This document shows, piece by piece, positions 41,642-51,236 of a stretch of 64,000 nt of DNA. The notes beneath the pieces are model-generated. The model was not told the origin of the DNA, ran no database searches, and saw only the letters and a list, made by a program, of their open reading frames with translations. Position 1 is the stretch's first letter, and each line of letters begins with the position of its first letter. Made by a program: the position numbers and the translations under genes. This stretch comes from Fimbriimonadales bacterium (lineage in GTDB: Bacteria; Armatimonadota; Fimbriimonadia; Fimbriimonadales; ATM1). Location of the stretch: NCBI GenBank assembly GCA_051003155.1, contig JBPCLO010000051.1:126633-190632 (forward strand), given 5' to 3'.

Positions 41642-42142
41642 ATGATTTGGCCTAGGTTCGCGGCACTTGCCTTTGGTGCGGTTGCAACTGCTTCAGCAAC
41701 CGTCGATTCACTGTTGGTCGACTCAAGCGACTTTCCGTGGCTGGCGCTATCAGTAACCTCGTGCTTGATAGGACTTATTGTCGCTTGTGCTTGGACGCGA
41801 CTGTCGATAGGTTCTCGCGCGCTGACCGTCGGAATTGGAACGTTTGGCCTGTTTTTGGTTGCCCAGGGAACAGGGCTCCTTTTGGCATTGTTCCTTGTCG
41901 ACTCAAATTTTGCAGATTGGCTCCGGCAGAGCTTCTTAGCAACCGCTCCCGGGCGCCTTCGTTACGGCGACGACGACAATGTCTATTACGCTGCCATGCT
42001 CTTCGGTGCGCCAACAATAGTGCTTGGCCTGATGTGCTTACTCCCGACTCGCAGGGTGTGGGATGCCGAGCAGAACGAATCGCCCGGGGACGAGGGCTCA
42101 TCTAAGCGAGAAGTGACTCGCCCAGTACCGCCGAGCGGATAA
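41642..42142 (+). CDS. Hypothetical membrane protein
   Basis: ORF with about 4 hydrophobic segments. Confidence 0.5.
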   Translation: MIWPRFAALAFGAVATASATVDSLLVDSSDFPWLALSVTSCLIGLIVACAWTRLSIGSRALTVGIGTFGLFLVAQGTGLLLALFLVDSNFADWLRQSFLATAPGRLRYGDDDNVYYAAMLFGAPTIVLGLMCLLPTRRVWDAEQNESPGDEGSSKREVTRPVPPSG

Positions 42143-42159
42143 ATTCGCCTTCAGCCAGA

Positions 42160-42474
42160 CTAACCCTCTTCAGCGTCGCCTTCGAACATCTCTTCCATTT
42201 CCTCGGAGACGTCCTCATCCATGGCGCTGCCCACATCGCGCAGCGTATCTCGCAGCTCCGAATACGACTCCGGCTCGCCCATCATGTCCAGGCGATCGGA
42301 GACTTCGTCGAGGCGGTCGTCTTCGGAGCGTAGGCGCGACACGCGGCTTACCACGCGGATGAGAGCGGAGCTTCCGCATTCGGGACAAACCTCCTCGTCA
42401 TCCTGAGCGACGACGCCGATCAATAGCGACACGCGCTTGCAGCAGGCTTCGCATAGGTATTCGTAGATCGGCAT
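42160..42474 (-). CDS. FmdB-family zinc-ribbon protein with acidic tail
   Basis: MPIYEY.C..C...CPECGS..L.R..S. Confidence 0.85.
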   Translation of the reverse strand: MPIYEYLCEACCKRVSLLIGVVAQDDEEVCPECGSSALIRVVSRVSRLRSEDDRLDEVSDRLDMMGEPESYSELRDTLRDVGSAMDEDVSEEMEEMFEGDAEEG

Positions 42475-42515
42475 GGCTCGCAGGAATCGGAACGGCTTTG
42501 CAGAATATTACGCCC

Positions 42516-43304
42516 ATGGACCCGCCGTGGGCTCTGCGGATTGTCGCCCTCGTGATGTGCGTCGTCATTGTGGCGCGAATGCTTGGCGCGAGGCGTGGTA
42601 AGGACTACTTTATACGCCGGATTCCCGGGGTCGACGCATTGGAAGAGACGGTCGGCAGAGCTACCGAGACGGGCAGGCCGGTGGTTTTCTCTCCGGGGAT
42701 CGGAGCCTTCGACAACATGCAGACCATAGCAGGGCTCGCAGTGTTGGCATGGGTCGCGAAACGGTGTGTGCAGATGGGAGTGCGCATCTTCGTTCCGATC
42801 GCCGAACCGGTGGTGATCTCTGCGGCGGGCGACATCCTTCACGAAGCTTTTCGGTCCGAGGGCCGCGAGGAAGAGTACCGATCCACGGACGTCGTCTTCT
42901 TCGGCCGCGACGAAAACGCGTATGCGGCGGGCGTCATCGGCCTGCTCACCCGCGAGCAGGCTGCGGCTGCGTACTACTTCGGAGGGTTCGGTTTCGAGAG
43001 CCTTCTCATGGCGGAAACCGGCAATCGAGTCGGCGCGATCCAGGTCGGGGCCACGGCCGATTTCTTTCAAATCCCGTTCTTTCTATGCGCCTGCGACTAC
43101 ACCTTGATCGGCGAAGAGCTTTATGCGGCCAGCGCCTATCTTTCGCGAGATCCGATACAGGTTGGCGCGGTATCTGGTCAAGATTTCTGCAAGGCAATTC
43201 TGCTGTCTATCATTCTGGCTGGATCCATCGCGTCGACTTACATGATGCTTTCCGGCAGTTCCCCGTGGACGCTTAACCCTGTCGAAGGGCTGCTCGGGCG
43301 GTGA
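42516..43304 (+). CDS. DUF6754-like membrane protein
   Basis: IRRIPG..A.EE.VGRATE.GRP, ESL..AETG, QIPFF...CDYTLIGEELYAASAYLS. Confidence 0.75.
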   Translation: MDPPWALRIVALVMCVVIVARMLGARRGKDYFIRRIPGVDALEETVGRATETGRPVVFSPGIGAFDNMQTIAGLAVLAWVAKRCVQMGVRIFVPIAEPVVISAAGDILHEAFRSEGREEEYRSTDVVFFGRDENAYAAGVIGLLTREQAAAAYYFGGFGFESLLMAETGNRVGAIQVGATADFFQIPFFLCACDYTLIGEELYAASAYLSRDPIQVGAVSGQDFCKAILLSIILAGSIASTYMMLSGSSPWTLNPVEGLLGR

Positions 43305-44839
43305 ACTTGTGGAAGCGGGCGCTCATCTGGTGGTTCACGTTCGGCTTCGGCCTCGTTTGGGTCCTCGCCTTCCTGCTACCTACTGAGATCGGTGGGGGCC
43401 TCGATGGCGAAGGGATGCGGTCGCCTTGCTTGATTGGAAAGAGGCTCTACTACACGACCGGAAGGAAGCCGTTAATCGCGATGATGGATTTGGACCGAAC
43501 GGCGGTGCGGAGTCCAGCCTTCTCGCCGTCGATAACTCGAAGGCACGATTATAACGGCGCTTCGAACCCGACTGTCTTCCGCGATGGGGAAAGCCTGAGA
43601 ATGATCTATCTCGGCCTCGGGTTCGACTTCGTTTACCGCGTCTGCGTCGCAGAGAGTCAAGACGGTACGAACTGGCAGCCGCTTTCTGAGCCGATCTTCG
43701 AGCCACCCGCGACCGTGGCTATAAGCGGTCCACCCGGGCTCAGCATGTCCGCAGATCGCCGCCGGCTTTACTATACGGTCTTCGAAAACGGGAGGGTGGT
43801 TATACGTTATGCGGAGCGCTCCGAGGGCCGGTGGCGCGATATGGGGCACTACCTGCGCTTGGAGGAGCCCTTGTCGGTGCTCGCACTTTCGGAGATGCCA
43901 GACGGGCGCGCCGTGATTGTGGCAATGGGCGAAGCGGGTGACGCTTTCCCGGCGATCGTAAATAAAGTGTTGCACTCTACGCCGGTCGCCGCGGAGCCTA
44001 TCGCCTTGGAGCGATTCTTGGGTACCGCGCCGCCGCAATTCTCGGGGGATTTGTTGGGAATCGTCACGGCAACCGACGGCGGTCTTTGGAGGGTCCTTGT
44101 CACGGGAACCCCGTCGGCTGCCGACCCGCGCCCGAGAGTCTCTCTCTACCAGGGGACACGCCCGGGGAGGCTCACGCTGGCGGACGGCGCGGTTGCCGGA
44201 GCCGTGGCCGAACTGCCCGCACCTGCCCGGACAACGTACTTCAATGACTGGGCGGCGACGTTATCGGAGTTCGTTCCGATCGTTTCGGCTTTCGGATTCG
44301 GCTTGGGACTCATCAGCCTCGTTGGAGTTCACGGCAGGAAAATTGGAAAGGGGGGCGAGCCAGCCATCTTCAGCGCCATCGTATTAGCTGCATTGGCCGC
44401 GATGCTCGTCGTCCAACTCAACTTCTTCTATCGCGGTAAGCCCGAGACGGGCATCTGGAGCGACCTAAACCAAATTCTCTTCTACCGCCTGCAGTTTCCG
44501 TTGGGATCGACGATGTTCGGTTTGCTCGCCGCTTACCTCACCTCTGCCGCTTATCGGGCATTCCGGATACGTACTCTCGACGCCGCGATTCTCGCGGGTA
44601 TGGCAGCGTTCGTGATACTCACGCAGGTGCCGACCGGGCAGTTCCTCGCTTCGCTTTTTGCGCCGGGTGCGGTCGACGGCGGGGCGAGGTTAGATGCGTA
44701 CGCGGTCGAAGGGCGAAATTGGGCTCTATCGATTGCGAACGACGCGGTCCAGAGGGCAGTGGGTTTCGGCGCTTTTGTGGGCGCGATCGCTATGGCGATG
44801 CGGGTGTGGCTTTCGTTGGATAAGACATCGCAATCTTAG
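43301..44839 (+). CDS. Membrane protein with inserted glycosidase-like beta-propeller segment
   Basis: N-terminal TM; NP.V.......M.Y.G....AES.DG..W blade motif; C-terminal TMs with TMF.LLA....SAAYRAFR; GTGA overlap with upstream gene. Confidence 0.65.
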   Translation: MNLWKRALIWWFTFGFGLVWVLAFLLPTEIGGGLDGEGMRSPCLIGKRLYYTTGRKPLIAMMDLDRTAVRSPAFSPSITRRHDYNGASNPTVFRDGESLRMIYLGLGFDFVYRVCVAESQDGTNWQPLSEPIFEPPATVAISGPPGLSMSADRRRLYYTVFENGRVVIRYAERSEGRWRDMGHYLRLEEPLSVLALSEMPDGRAVIVAMGEAGDAFPAIVNKVLHSTPVAAEPIALERFLGTAPPQFSGDLLGIVTATDGGLWRVLVTGTPSAADPRPRVSLYQGTRPGRLTLADGAVAGAVAELPAPARTTYFNDWAATLSEFVPIVSAFGFGLGLISLVGVHGRKIGKGGEPAIFSAIVLAALAAMLVVQLNFFYRGKPETGIWSDLNQILFYRLQFPLGSTMFGLLAAYLTSAAYRAFRIRTLDAAILAGMAAFVILTQVPTGQFLASLFAPGAVDGGARLDAYAVEGRNWALSIANDAVQRAVGFGAFVGAIAMAMRVWLSLDKTSQS

Positions 44840-44849
44840 TTTTAATGGT

Positions 44850-44876
44850 GGTCGGACCGGTCAGACCGGTCGGACC
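44850..44876. repeat. Triple near-palindromic 9-mer GGTC(G/A)GACC between convergent genes
   Basis: GGTCGGACC GGTCAGACC GGTCGGACC; includes the pdp stop codon. Confidence 0.75.
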
Positions 44877-46132
44877 AATGGTGCCAAGGGAGGCTGCTCT
44901 TCTGCAAAGTGCACCGTCGTTTGAAGCCTCTCAGATGCTGCGGCAGCGTCGGCTTCGGTCTTAGCGTGGATGGTGAAGAGCGGTTGTCCCGAATCCACCT
45001 TGCGACCGATCTCTGTAGAAACCTCGAGACCGACAGAAAGGTCAATTTCGTCGTCCTTCCGTAGCCGGCCCGCCCCCAAGTCCCGGGCGATTTCACCTAA
45101 CCTCTCGCAATCGAAACCCGCCACGTACCCACCTTGATCGCTGACAACGATGACCTGTATCGGTGCCGTCGGGAGCGCGGAGTCGTCCTCCACGCACCGA
45201 GGGTCACCGCCCTGTGCGAAAATCCATTCGAGCATCTTCGCTATAGCGGCCCCGCTCGAGATCACCGTTTGGATTTCGGCATCGCTGCCCGCCAACTCCA
45301 GCGCCCCCTTACATAGCGCGAGGGTGACCCTGCCGAGCCGCCCTTTGCAGCCTCCACGGAGTTCTCGAAAGGCGGCCTTCACTTCGAGTGCATTGCCGAT
45401 GGCGTGGGCGAGAGGCTGGTTCATGTCGGTGATGAGGACTCGCATCTTGCGGCCATTGCTTTCTCCGATCCGTACCATCGCCCGCGCCAAATTTTTGGCT
45501 TCGCCGAGCGTTTTCGCGAATGCGCCGCCGCCGCATTTCACATCGAGGACGATGCCATCTGCGCCTGATGCGAGCTTCTTGCTCATTACGCTCGCGGCAA
45601 TCAGAGGCGTGCTGTCGACGGTTTCGGTTGCATCGCGCAGGGCATACAAGATCTTGTCTGCGGGCGCGAGCTCGGTGGTTTGTCCTCCCCAGGCGCATCC
45701 GACCCGTTTCGCCTGCTTGACGAGTTCGGCTTGGCTTAGGTCGGTTCTGAAGCCTGGTATTGCCGAGAGCTTGTCGAGCGTGCCACCGGTAAATCCCAGG
45801 CCCCTTCCCGACATCTTGACGACCGGTACGCCGCAGGCGGCCATGATCGGAAGGAAGAGGGGCGTTACCGCATCGCCAACGCCGCCCGTGCTGTGCTTGT
45901 CGATAACCGGTTTCGGGAGTCCTTCGAGGTCGATGATCTCGCCGGAGTTGGCCATTGCCAACGCCAACGCGCTCGTTTCCGACTCATTGAGGCCATTAAT
46001 ATGGGCGGCCATCAGCCAAGCGGAGACCTGGTAATCGGCCAACCGTCCCGCGGACAATGCCTCGACGAACGAGTGAATGTCTTCGTCCGAGTGGGTTCCT
46101 CGGTCCCTCTTTTTGGCTATGAACGAATGCAT
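44861..46132 (-). CDS. pdp: Pyrimidine-nucleoside/thymidine phosphorylase
   Basis: DKHSTGGVGD, KMSGRGLG.TGGTLDKL, LYALRD, SVMSKK. Confidence 0.95.
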   Translation of the reverse strand: MHSFIAKKRDRGTHSDEDIHSFVEALSAGRLADYQVSAWLMAAHINGLNESETSALALAMANSGEIIDLEGLPKPVIDKHSTGGVGDAVTPLFLPIMAACGVPVVKMSGRGLGFTGGTLDKLSAIPGFRTDLSQAELVKQAKRVGCAWGGQTTELAPADKILYALRDATETVDSTPLIAASVMSKKLASGADGIVLDVKCGGGAFAKTLGEAKNLARAMVRIGESNGRKMRVLITDMNQPLAHAIGNALEVKAAFRELRGGCKGRLGRVTLALCKGALELAGSDAEIQTVISSGAAIAKMLEWIFAQGGDPRCVEDDSALPTAPIQVIVVSDQGGYVAGFDCERLGEIARDLGAGRLRKDDEIDLSVGLEVSTEIGRKVDSGQPLFTIHAKTEADAAAASERLQTTVHFAEEQPPLAPLVRPV

Positions 46133-46345
46133 CAACACTGAGCCAAAGTATGCCCAATAGGATTTAGTACTGGAGCGCGAAGGCAATGCTCGTCTGAACA
46201 GCGCATTGCCTGCTCGCGGCCAAAAACACCTTCCTTCCTCAGCCGCATAGCGGGCTTAAACCCAACCACCGAAGGAGGCAAGTATGCAATACTTGCAAAA
46301 TCTGGCGAGCATTACGCTGCCAATCTCTGGAGAGTGAATTAGCAT

Positions 46346-48250
46346 ATGAGTGACGACCGAAAAGCGCCCTCAGGTGAGATGGAAGAGCCCACCGAAGGGG
46401 ATGCGCGGACCGCCACCGCGACCGAACCCGGCGGGCCCAGGCCCGTCGAAGAAGGACCCATAGCCGCATCCGTGGAACCGCAGACCGCGGAGGCGCCGAC
46501 CCAAGAGCCCGAGGCAGAAACGCCCACGGACATAGAGCCGGCAGAGTCCGTTCCGGTTGCGGAAGAAGCCGCGCCGACTGAACAGATGGGAGATTCTTTG
46601 CCTGAGCAGATCGCGGAGGTAGCAGCCGAACCAGCTCCCGAGCCTTCGCCGCAGGCAGTGGAACCCGCCCCCGAGGCTCCGCCCGAGAGGTCAGTGGAAC
46701 ACGCGCCCGAGTTGCCGCTGGAGATGGCGGTCGAATCGGCGCCCGTATCCCAACCTGCGCCGAAGCGCGACCTCGACGCTGCCGCGGAGTTCGAAGCGGC
46801 CCTCGAGGCATTCGAAGGCGGAACAACCGGCACATCTTACGACGACGCCTTCCGTCCGCTTTCGCGCGGCGAACTTTTGACTGCACGGGTTATCCAGGTC
46901 GACAAGGACAAGGTGTTTGTAGACTTAGGCACCAAATCCGAGGGTGTCGTGCCTATCGACGAGCTTTCGGCATCCGCATTCGAAAATGCGAGCGACGTGG
47001 TGAAGGTCGGCGACGAAATTAAGGTCGTTGTTTTAAACCCGGAGGGACGCGAAGGAAACCCGATTGTCAGCCGCAAGCGAGCGGAGTTCGAGAGTGCGTG
47101 GGATCGGATCATCGAAGAGTTCGAGAAGAAGATTACGATCACCGCGATCGTGAGCGAGCGCGTGAAAGGTGGCTTGGTTGTCGATCTCGGCGTGCGAGGA
47201 TTCGTTCCGGCCACGCATGTCGGCTCGGGACAGATTCGTAACCTGGACAAGTTCGTCGGCCAGAGCTTGCCTTTCAAGATCATCGAGGTCGACAGGGATC
47301 GCCGCAAGGTCGTCCTGTCGAATCGGCTGGCCGAAGAGGAAACCCGTGAAGAGCGCAAGCAGCAAATCTTCGAGAGCGTAAAGCCGGGCGATATCCTGGA
47401 CGGGCATGTCCGTCGCCTAGCAGACTACGGCGCGTTCGTAGACCTGGGTGGAGTGGACGGCCTGCTGCACGTGAGTGAGATGAGCTGGTCGCGAGTGGAC
47501 CACCCGAAAGAGGTGATGAAGGAAGGTGACGAGGTCAAGGTCATGGTTTTGAGGCTCGACCCCGCGTCTGGCCGAATCAGCCTTGGACGGCGGCAGGTCT
47601 TACCCGATCCTTGGACGAGCATCCGCGAGAACTACACGGTGGGCAAGCGCCTGACACTTCCAATTTCACGGGTTGTCCAGAGTGGTGCGTTCGTCAAACT
47701 GCCCGAAGGGGCGGAGGCGTTCATTCCGATCAGCGAGATGGCCCACCGACGGATAAATAAGCCGTCTGAAGTCGTAAGCCCGGGACAGGATGTCGACATT
47801 CAGGTAATCGATCTGCGCCCCGACGAGCGCCGGTTGGTTCTTTCGATGCGCGCGCTGCTTCCCTATGAGGAGAGGCCGTCCGGCGGCCATTCCGAGGAAG
47901 CCAAGCACCGCAGCGATCGAAGTCGCGATCGACGAGGGGGTTCGGAGCGCAGCGAGTCGCGAGGCCATCAGTCCGCTCCCACCGGAAACCTTACGATCGG
48001 AGAACGGCTAAGCGCATTGAAGGGGCTTACGTTCGGCGACGACGACGAAACCGCCGGAGCGCAAGCGCCTCCGATCGAGGAAAAGGTCGAGGCCGAGGAA
48101 GCTGTAGTAGCGGAAGCCTCTCCCGAGGCCAAGTCCGTGGAGGCGCCGGAGGCCGAGACGACGGAGGCAGAAACTCCCGAGTCCGAGGTGGCCGAGACGC
48201 CGGCGGAGAAGAAGCCGGAGGAGAAGCCGGAAGAGAAGCTAGAAGAGTAG
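46346..48250 (+). CDS. rpsA: 30S ribosomal protein S1 (four S1 domains) with long acidic tails
   Basis: VFVDLG.KSEG, VKGGLVVD.G.RGFVP, YGAFVDLGGVDGLLHVSE, GAFVKL; near cmk and coaE. Confidence 0.9.
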   Translation: MSDDRKAPSGEMEEPTEGDARTATATEPGGPRPVEEGPIAASVEPQTAEAPTQEPEAETPTDIEPAESVPVAEEAAPTEQMGDSLPEQIAEVAAEPAPEPSPQAVEPAPEAPPERSVEHAPELPLEMAVESAPVSQPAPKRDLDAAAEFEAALEAFEGGTTGTSYDDAFRPLSRGELLTARVIQVDKDKVFVDLGTKSEGVVPIDELSASAFENASDVVKVGDEIKVVVLNPEGREGNPIVSRKRAEFESAWDRIIEEFEKKITITAIVSERVKGGLVVDLGVRGFVPATHVGSGQIRNLDKFVGQSLPFKIIEVDRDRRKVVLSNRLAEEETREERKQQIFESVKPGDILDGHVRRLADYGAFVDLGGVDGLLHVSEMSWSRVDHPKEVMKEGDEVKVMVLRLDPASGRISLGRRQVLPDPWTSIRENYTVGKRLTLPISRVVQSGAFVKLPEGAEAFIPISEMAHRRINKPSEVVSPGQDVDIQVIDLRPDERRLVLSMRALLPYEERPSGGHSEEAKHRSDRSRDRRGGSERSESRGHQSAPTGNLTIGERLSALKGLTFGDDDETAGAQAPPIEEKVEAEEAVVAEASPEAKSVEAPEAETTEAETPESEVAETPAEKKPEEKPEEKLEE

Positions 48251-48320
48251 AACTCTCCATGACAATTCGGCAACGAGGCGGACACGCTCCACCCCGTCGC
48301 CTTGCTCTACGGCACGCAGC

Positions 48321-48896
48321 TTGAAAATTGCTATCACCGGGGGGATTGCTGACGGCAAAAGCACCGCGCTCGGTTTCTTGCGCGATCTCGGATATCCGGT
48401 GTTGGACGCTGATGCGGTCGTTCGAGACCTGTACGAGGACGAATCGGTGCTTGGCGAAGTCGAATCCGCGTTCGGCGAGGCTGCAGTGTCGTTCGGGAAG
48501 ATCGAGCGCGCATGGCTTCGCGGGGTCGTGTTTTCGGATGCTAAATCGCGACGCAAGCTGAACAAGATTCTGCACCCGCGGGTCATCGGCGCCATTGTAA
48601 ATTGGAGCCCCGAGGGCGCAGTAACCAGCTTCGCGGAAGTTCCGCTCGTCATCGAAACGGCGGCGCATGGGCTCTTCGACCGGGTTTGGGTGGTCTCGGC
48701 GGGTTATGAAGAACAGCTCCGGCGGGTCGCTGAGCGATTCGGCGGTGACCGCGCCAGCGCCGAACGCCTACTGCAGACGCAACTACCGACGGAAGTTATA
48801 AGTGTCTTCGCCGACGAGATTTTTCGATCGAACACCTCGCTCGATGACCTGCGCAACCATTTGGCCCTCACGACTAGAGCACTAAGAAAGGATTAA
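48321..48896 (+). CDS. coaE: Dephospho-CoA kinase
   Basis: ITGGIADGKST, LDAD, L..ILHP, EVPL..E; TTG start. Confidence 0.92.
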   Translation: MKIAITGGIADGKSTALGFLRDLGYPVLDADAVVRDLYEDESVLGEVESAFGEAAVSFGKIERAWLRGVVFSDAKSRRKLNKILHPRVIGAIVNWSPEGAVTSFAEVPLVIETAAHGLFDRVWVVSAGYEEQLRRVAERFGGDRASAERLLQTQLPTEVISVFADEIFRSNTSLDDLRNHLALTTRALRKD

Positions 48897-49263
48897 GCGA
48901 ACGAATGGCCCTTCTGAAGCGGTCAGAAATCAGATAGTTCTTTTGCTCGAAGTAATAAGAGGGAATCCGGATAGGCGGACGTGGACATGCTGTGCTATAC
49001 TCGCCTGACTCTGATCCCCGAATTGTCCGGCAGAAAAGTTGTGGCGAGATGCTCTTAGGCTGGGAAGTAAGTTTGACACCGTTTGAGGAAACCGGAAGGT
49101 CCGCGCGTTTTACCGCCGGCCGGCCGTATCTTCTGCTGCGTTCTTACGCCCGTCCGTCGGTCGTCCGCTCGCGCCAGCGTCGCATGACGAGAGTTGACCA
49201 ACTGCCGTACGCATTTCCTGGAGAGAGCATCAAACCCATGCGTTATAAGGAGGACTCGTCAAA

Positions 49264-51066
49264 GTGAGACGGTTCAAAGACTCCATTTTTGCTCGTTTAG
49301 CAAGCAGGGCGGCCATTCTGTCCTTGCTATGCAATTTCCTACTGCTAGGCTTCGCCTTGAAGTCGGCCGAAGCGCAATTCACGTCCGCTTCGAAGCAGTG
49401 GGTCGTCCTGGACTTTGTAAACAAATCGCCGCACGGCGGGCCGGCCCTTGGTGGCGCTGCGGCTGATGCCGTATCGACGCTGCTTTTGGGCACCAACCGA
49501 TACGACATTCTGCCGCGGGAAACCGTCGAGCGGATTTACAAAGAACTCGAACTAACTCCGCCCATTACAAGAGAACTGGACGTCCTTCGTGTCGGCCAGG
49601 CCTTGACCGCGGAGACGGTTATTACCGGTGAGATCACCGAATCCAGAATCAACACCAGCGCCCAAGGCAAGTCTGCGGATGTTGTGTTAGTTGTTCGCGG
49701 TATCGACGTCTCCTCGGGTCTCCCAGTCCTTGGCGCCGCTGTCCATGGCCAGTCTTCGGAAAGACCGGGCGACGTTAGCGACGACGTCGTTCTGAACGAA
49801 GCTGTCAGCTATGCGGCTCAGCAAGCCGTCAATTCGATTCTGACCCAGCAGGTGGACATCGCCACCGTTCTTACGACTCCTACCACGCGTACCGTTCAGT
49901 TGAACAAGGGCTCGCGACAGGGCCTTAAGAACGGGATGGAAATGGTCGTGACCCGCGGTAAAGAGCAGGTCGCCACCATTCGCGTCAGCGACGTGAGCCC
50001 TGACCTTGCGACGGCAACGATTGTCAGAGCCTCGAAGGGTGTAGCTCCCGGAGACAAAGCCCGCGCGATTTATAACAGGCTTGCAACTGTCACGCTGGAA
50101 AGGGGCGGCGGCGCTCGCGTGCGGTCTGCACGTTCTGGTGGCTCTTCGAGCTCGCTGCTGTCGATCCTGGTCGTGGGTGCTTTGGCGCTAACACTGGCTA
50201 ACGGCGGAGGCAGTGGCCCCGGAGATTTCAAGAGCGAAGCCACTCCCTTGGCTGACAACGAGACCCCCGGCGTAAAGCTTTCTTGGCATCCGAGTATTTT
50301 CCACGGCGGTCGCGGCCGCGTCGAATGGCAGATCTGGCGCAATGACTGGTTCATTTCCCCCGTTCGCACCGTTCCCGGCGTCGAGTCGGTCGCGTTCGAC
50401 GATCCGAATCCGCGCATCGACCCTTGGAGGAACATGGGAAGTATCATCGGCGGCACTGAGTGCATCGAGGACCCGGGCGCCGAAGAGATGGATCCGCCCG
50501 CACCGGGCATCAACGCCGGCACGAGCTACATGTATCAGATCTCGCTGGTGTACAAGCTGTTTGCCGGCGATCTGCCCGGCGGCACGGGCGAGGAGGAGTG
50601 TTTCTTCCAGACAGGGCGCGAGTTTGCGGAAGGGCAAGCCACGCCCTTGGAATTGGTGACCCTCGTCTCCCCGCCAAACGGCACCGGAGACATTGGCGAA
50701 ACGATTCAGTTCACGTGGCAATCTACTCCTGGTGCAGATCAGTACGCGGTCGAGGTTTCGACCCAGTCGAACTTCGCCAACGCGAGCCGGATCCAAGTTG
50801 TGGCGCGAGTCGACTCGGTGGAAACAGGCAACATCTCTACGGATCCGATCGACATTTCGGGCGTGTTCCCGACGACGCAGAGACTCTACTGGCGCGTTGG
50901 CGCCCGCGACTCCGCGGATATTCCTGGCCCGGTCAAGGATGCGAAAGGCGAGCGATATGTGTTCAGCCATCCGTTCCAGTTCGACCGAGCCGAAGAGCCG
51001 CCTCCACCTCCTCTGCGCGCCAAGTCGAAAACTGGCGGCAAAGGAAAGGGCGGCAAGCGAGGCTAA
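49264..51066 (+). CDS. Secreted multidomain protein: CsgG/TolB-N-like + FlgT-C-like + FN3/Ig-like
   Basis: AAGGAGG RBS, GTG start, signal peptide; VVLDF.N...RY..L.R...VGQ.L.A..VITGEI; LNKG...GLK.G; FTWQSTPGADQY.VEVS. Confidence 0.6.
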   Translation: MRRFKDSIFARLASRAAILSLLCNFLLLGFALKSAEAQFTSASKQWVVLDFVNKSPHGGPALGGAAADAVSTLLLGTNRYDILPRETVERIYKELELTPPITRELDVLRVGQALTAETVITGEITESRINTSAQGKSADVVLVVRGIDVSSGLPVLGAAVHGQSSERPGDVSDDVVLNEAVSYAAQQAVNSILTQQVDIATVLTTPTTRTVQLNKGSRQGLKNGMEMVVTRGKEQVATIRVSDVSPDLATATIVRASKGVAPGDKARAIYNRLATVTLERGGGARVRSARSGGSSSSLLSILVVGALALTLANGGGSGPGDFKSEATPLADNETPGVKLSWHPSIFHGGRGRVEWQIWRNDWFISPVRTVPGVESVAFDDPNPRIDPWRNMGSIIGGTECIEDPGAEEMDPPAPGINAGTSYMYQISLVYKLFAGDLPGGTGEEECFFQTGREFAEGQATPLELVTLVSPPNGTGDIGETIQFTWQSTPGADQYAVEVSTQSNFANASRIQVVARVDSVETGNISTDPIDISGVFPTTQRLYWRVGARDSADIPGPVKDAKGERYVFSHPFQFDRAEEPPPPPLRAKSKTGGKGKGGKRG

Positions 51067-51073
51067 CGAGGAA

Positions 51074-51110
51074 AAGCCGCGCAACTCAACCAAGTTGCGC
51101 GGCTTGCTTC
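51074..51110 (+). terminator. Stem-loop after the 49264 gene (terminator or processing site)
   Basis: AAGCCGCGCAACT-CAACCA-AGTTGCGCGGCTT, 13 bp perfect stem, weak U tract. Confidence 0.6.
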
Positions 51111-51236
51111 GACTTCTAGGTGAATTGTAAGACTTGACGCTGACAAAACGTATAACATTGAGACGCCAGTCGTATTTGTATGGGGCGCACGCTGCCGCGA
51201 CGCGGTGGATGTGGGCCATTTCTTGAGGTGAATATT

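Noticed and set aside
51125..51160. Canonical sigma70 promoter TTGACG/TATAAC before the 51237 gene
   Set aside because: Spacer is 11 nt; an internal promoter is possible but not supportable.
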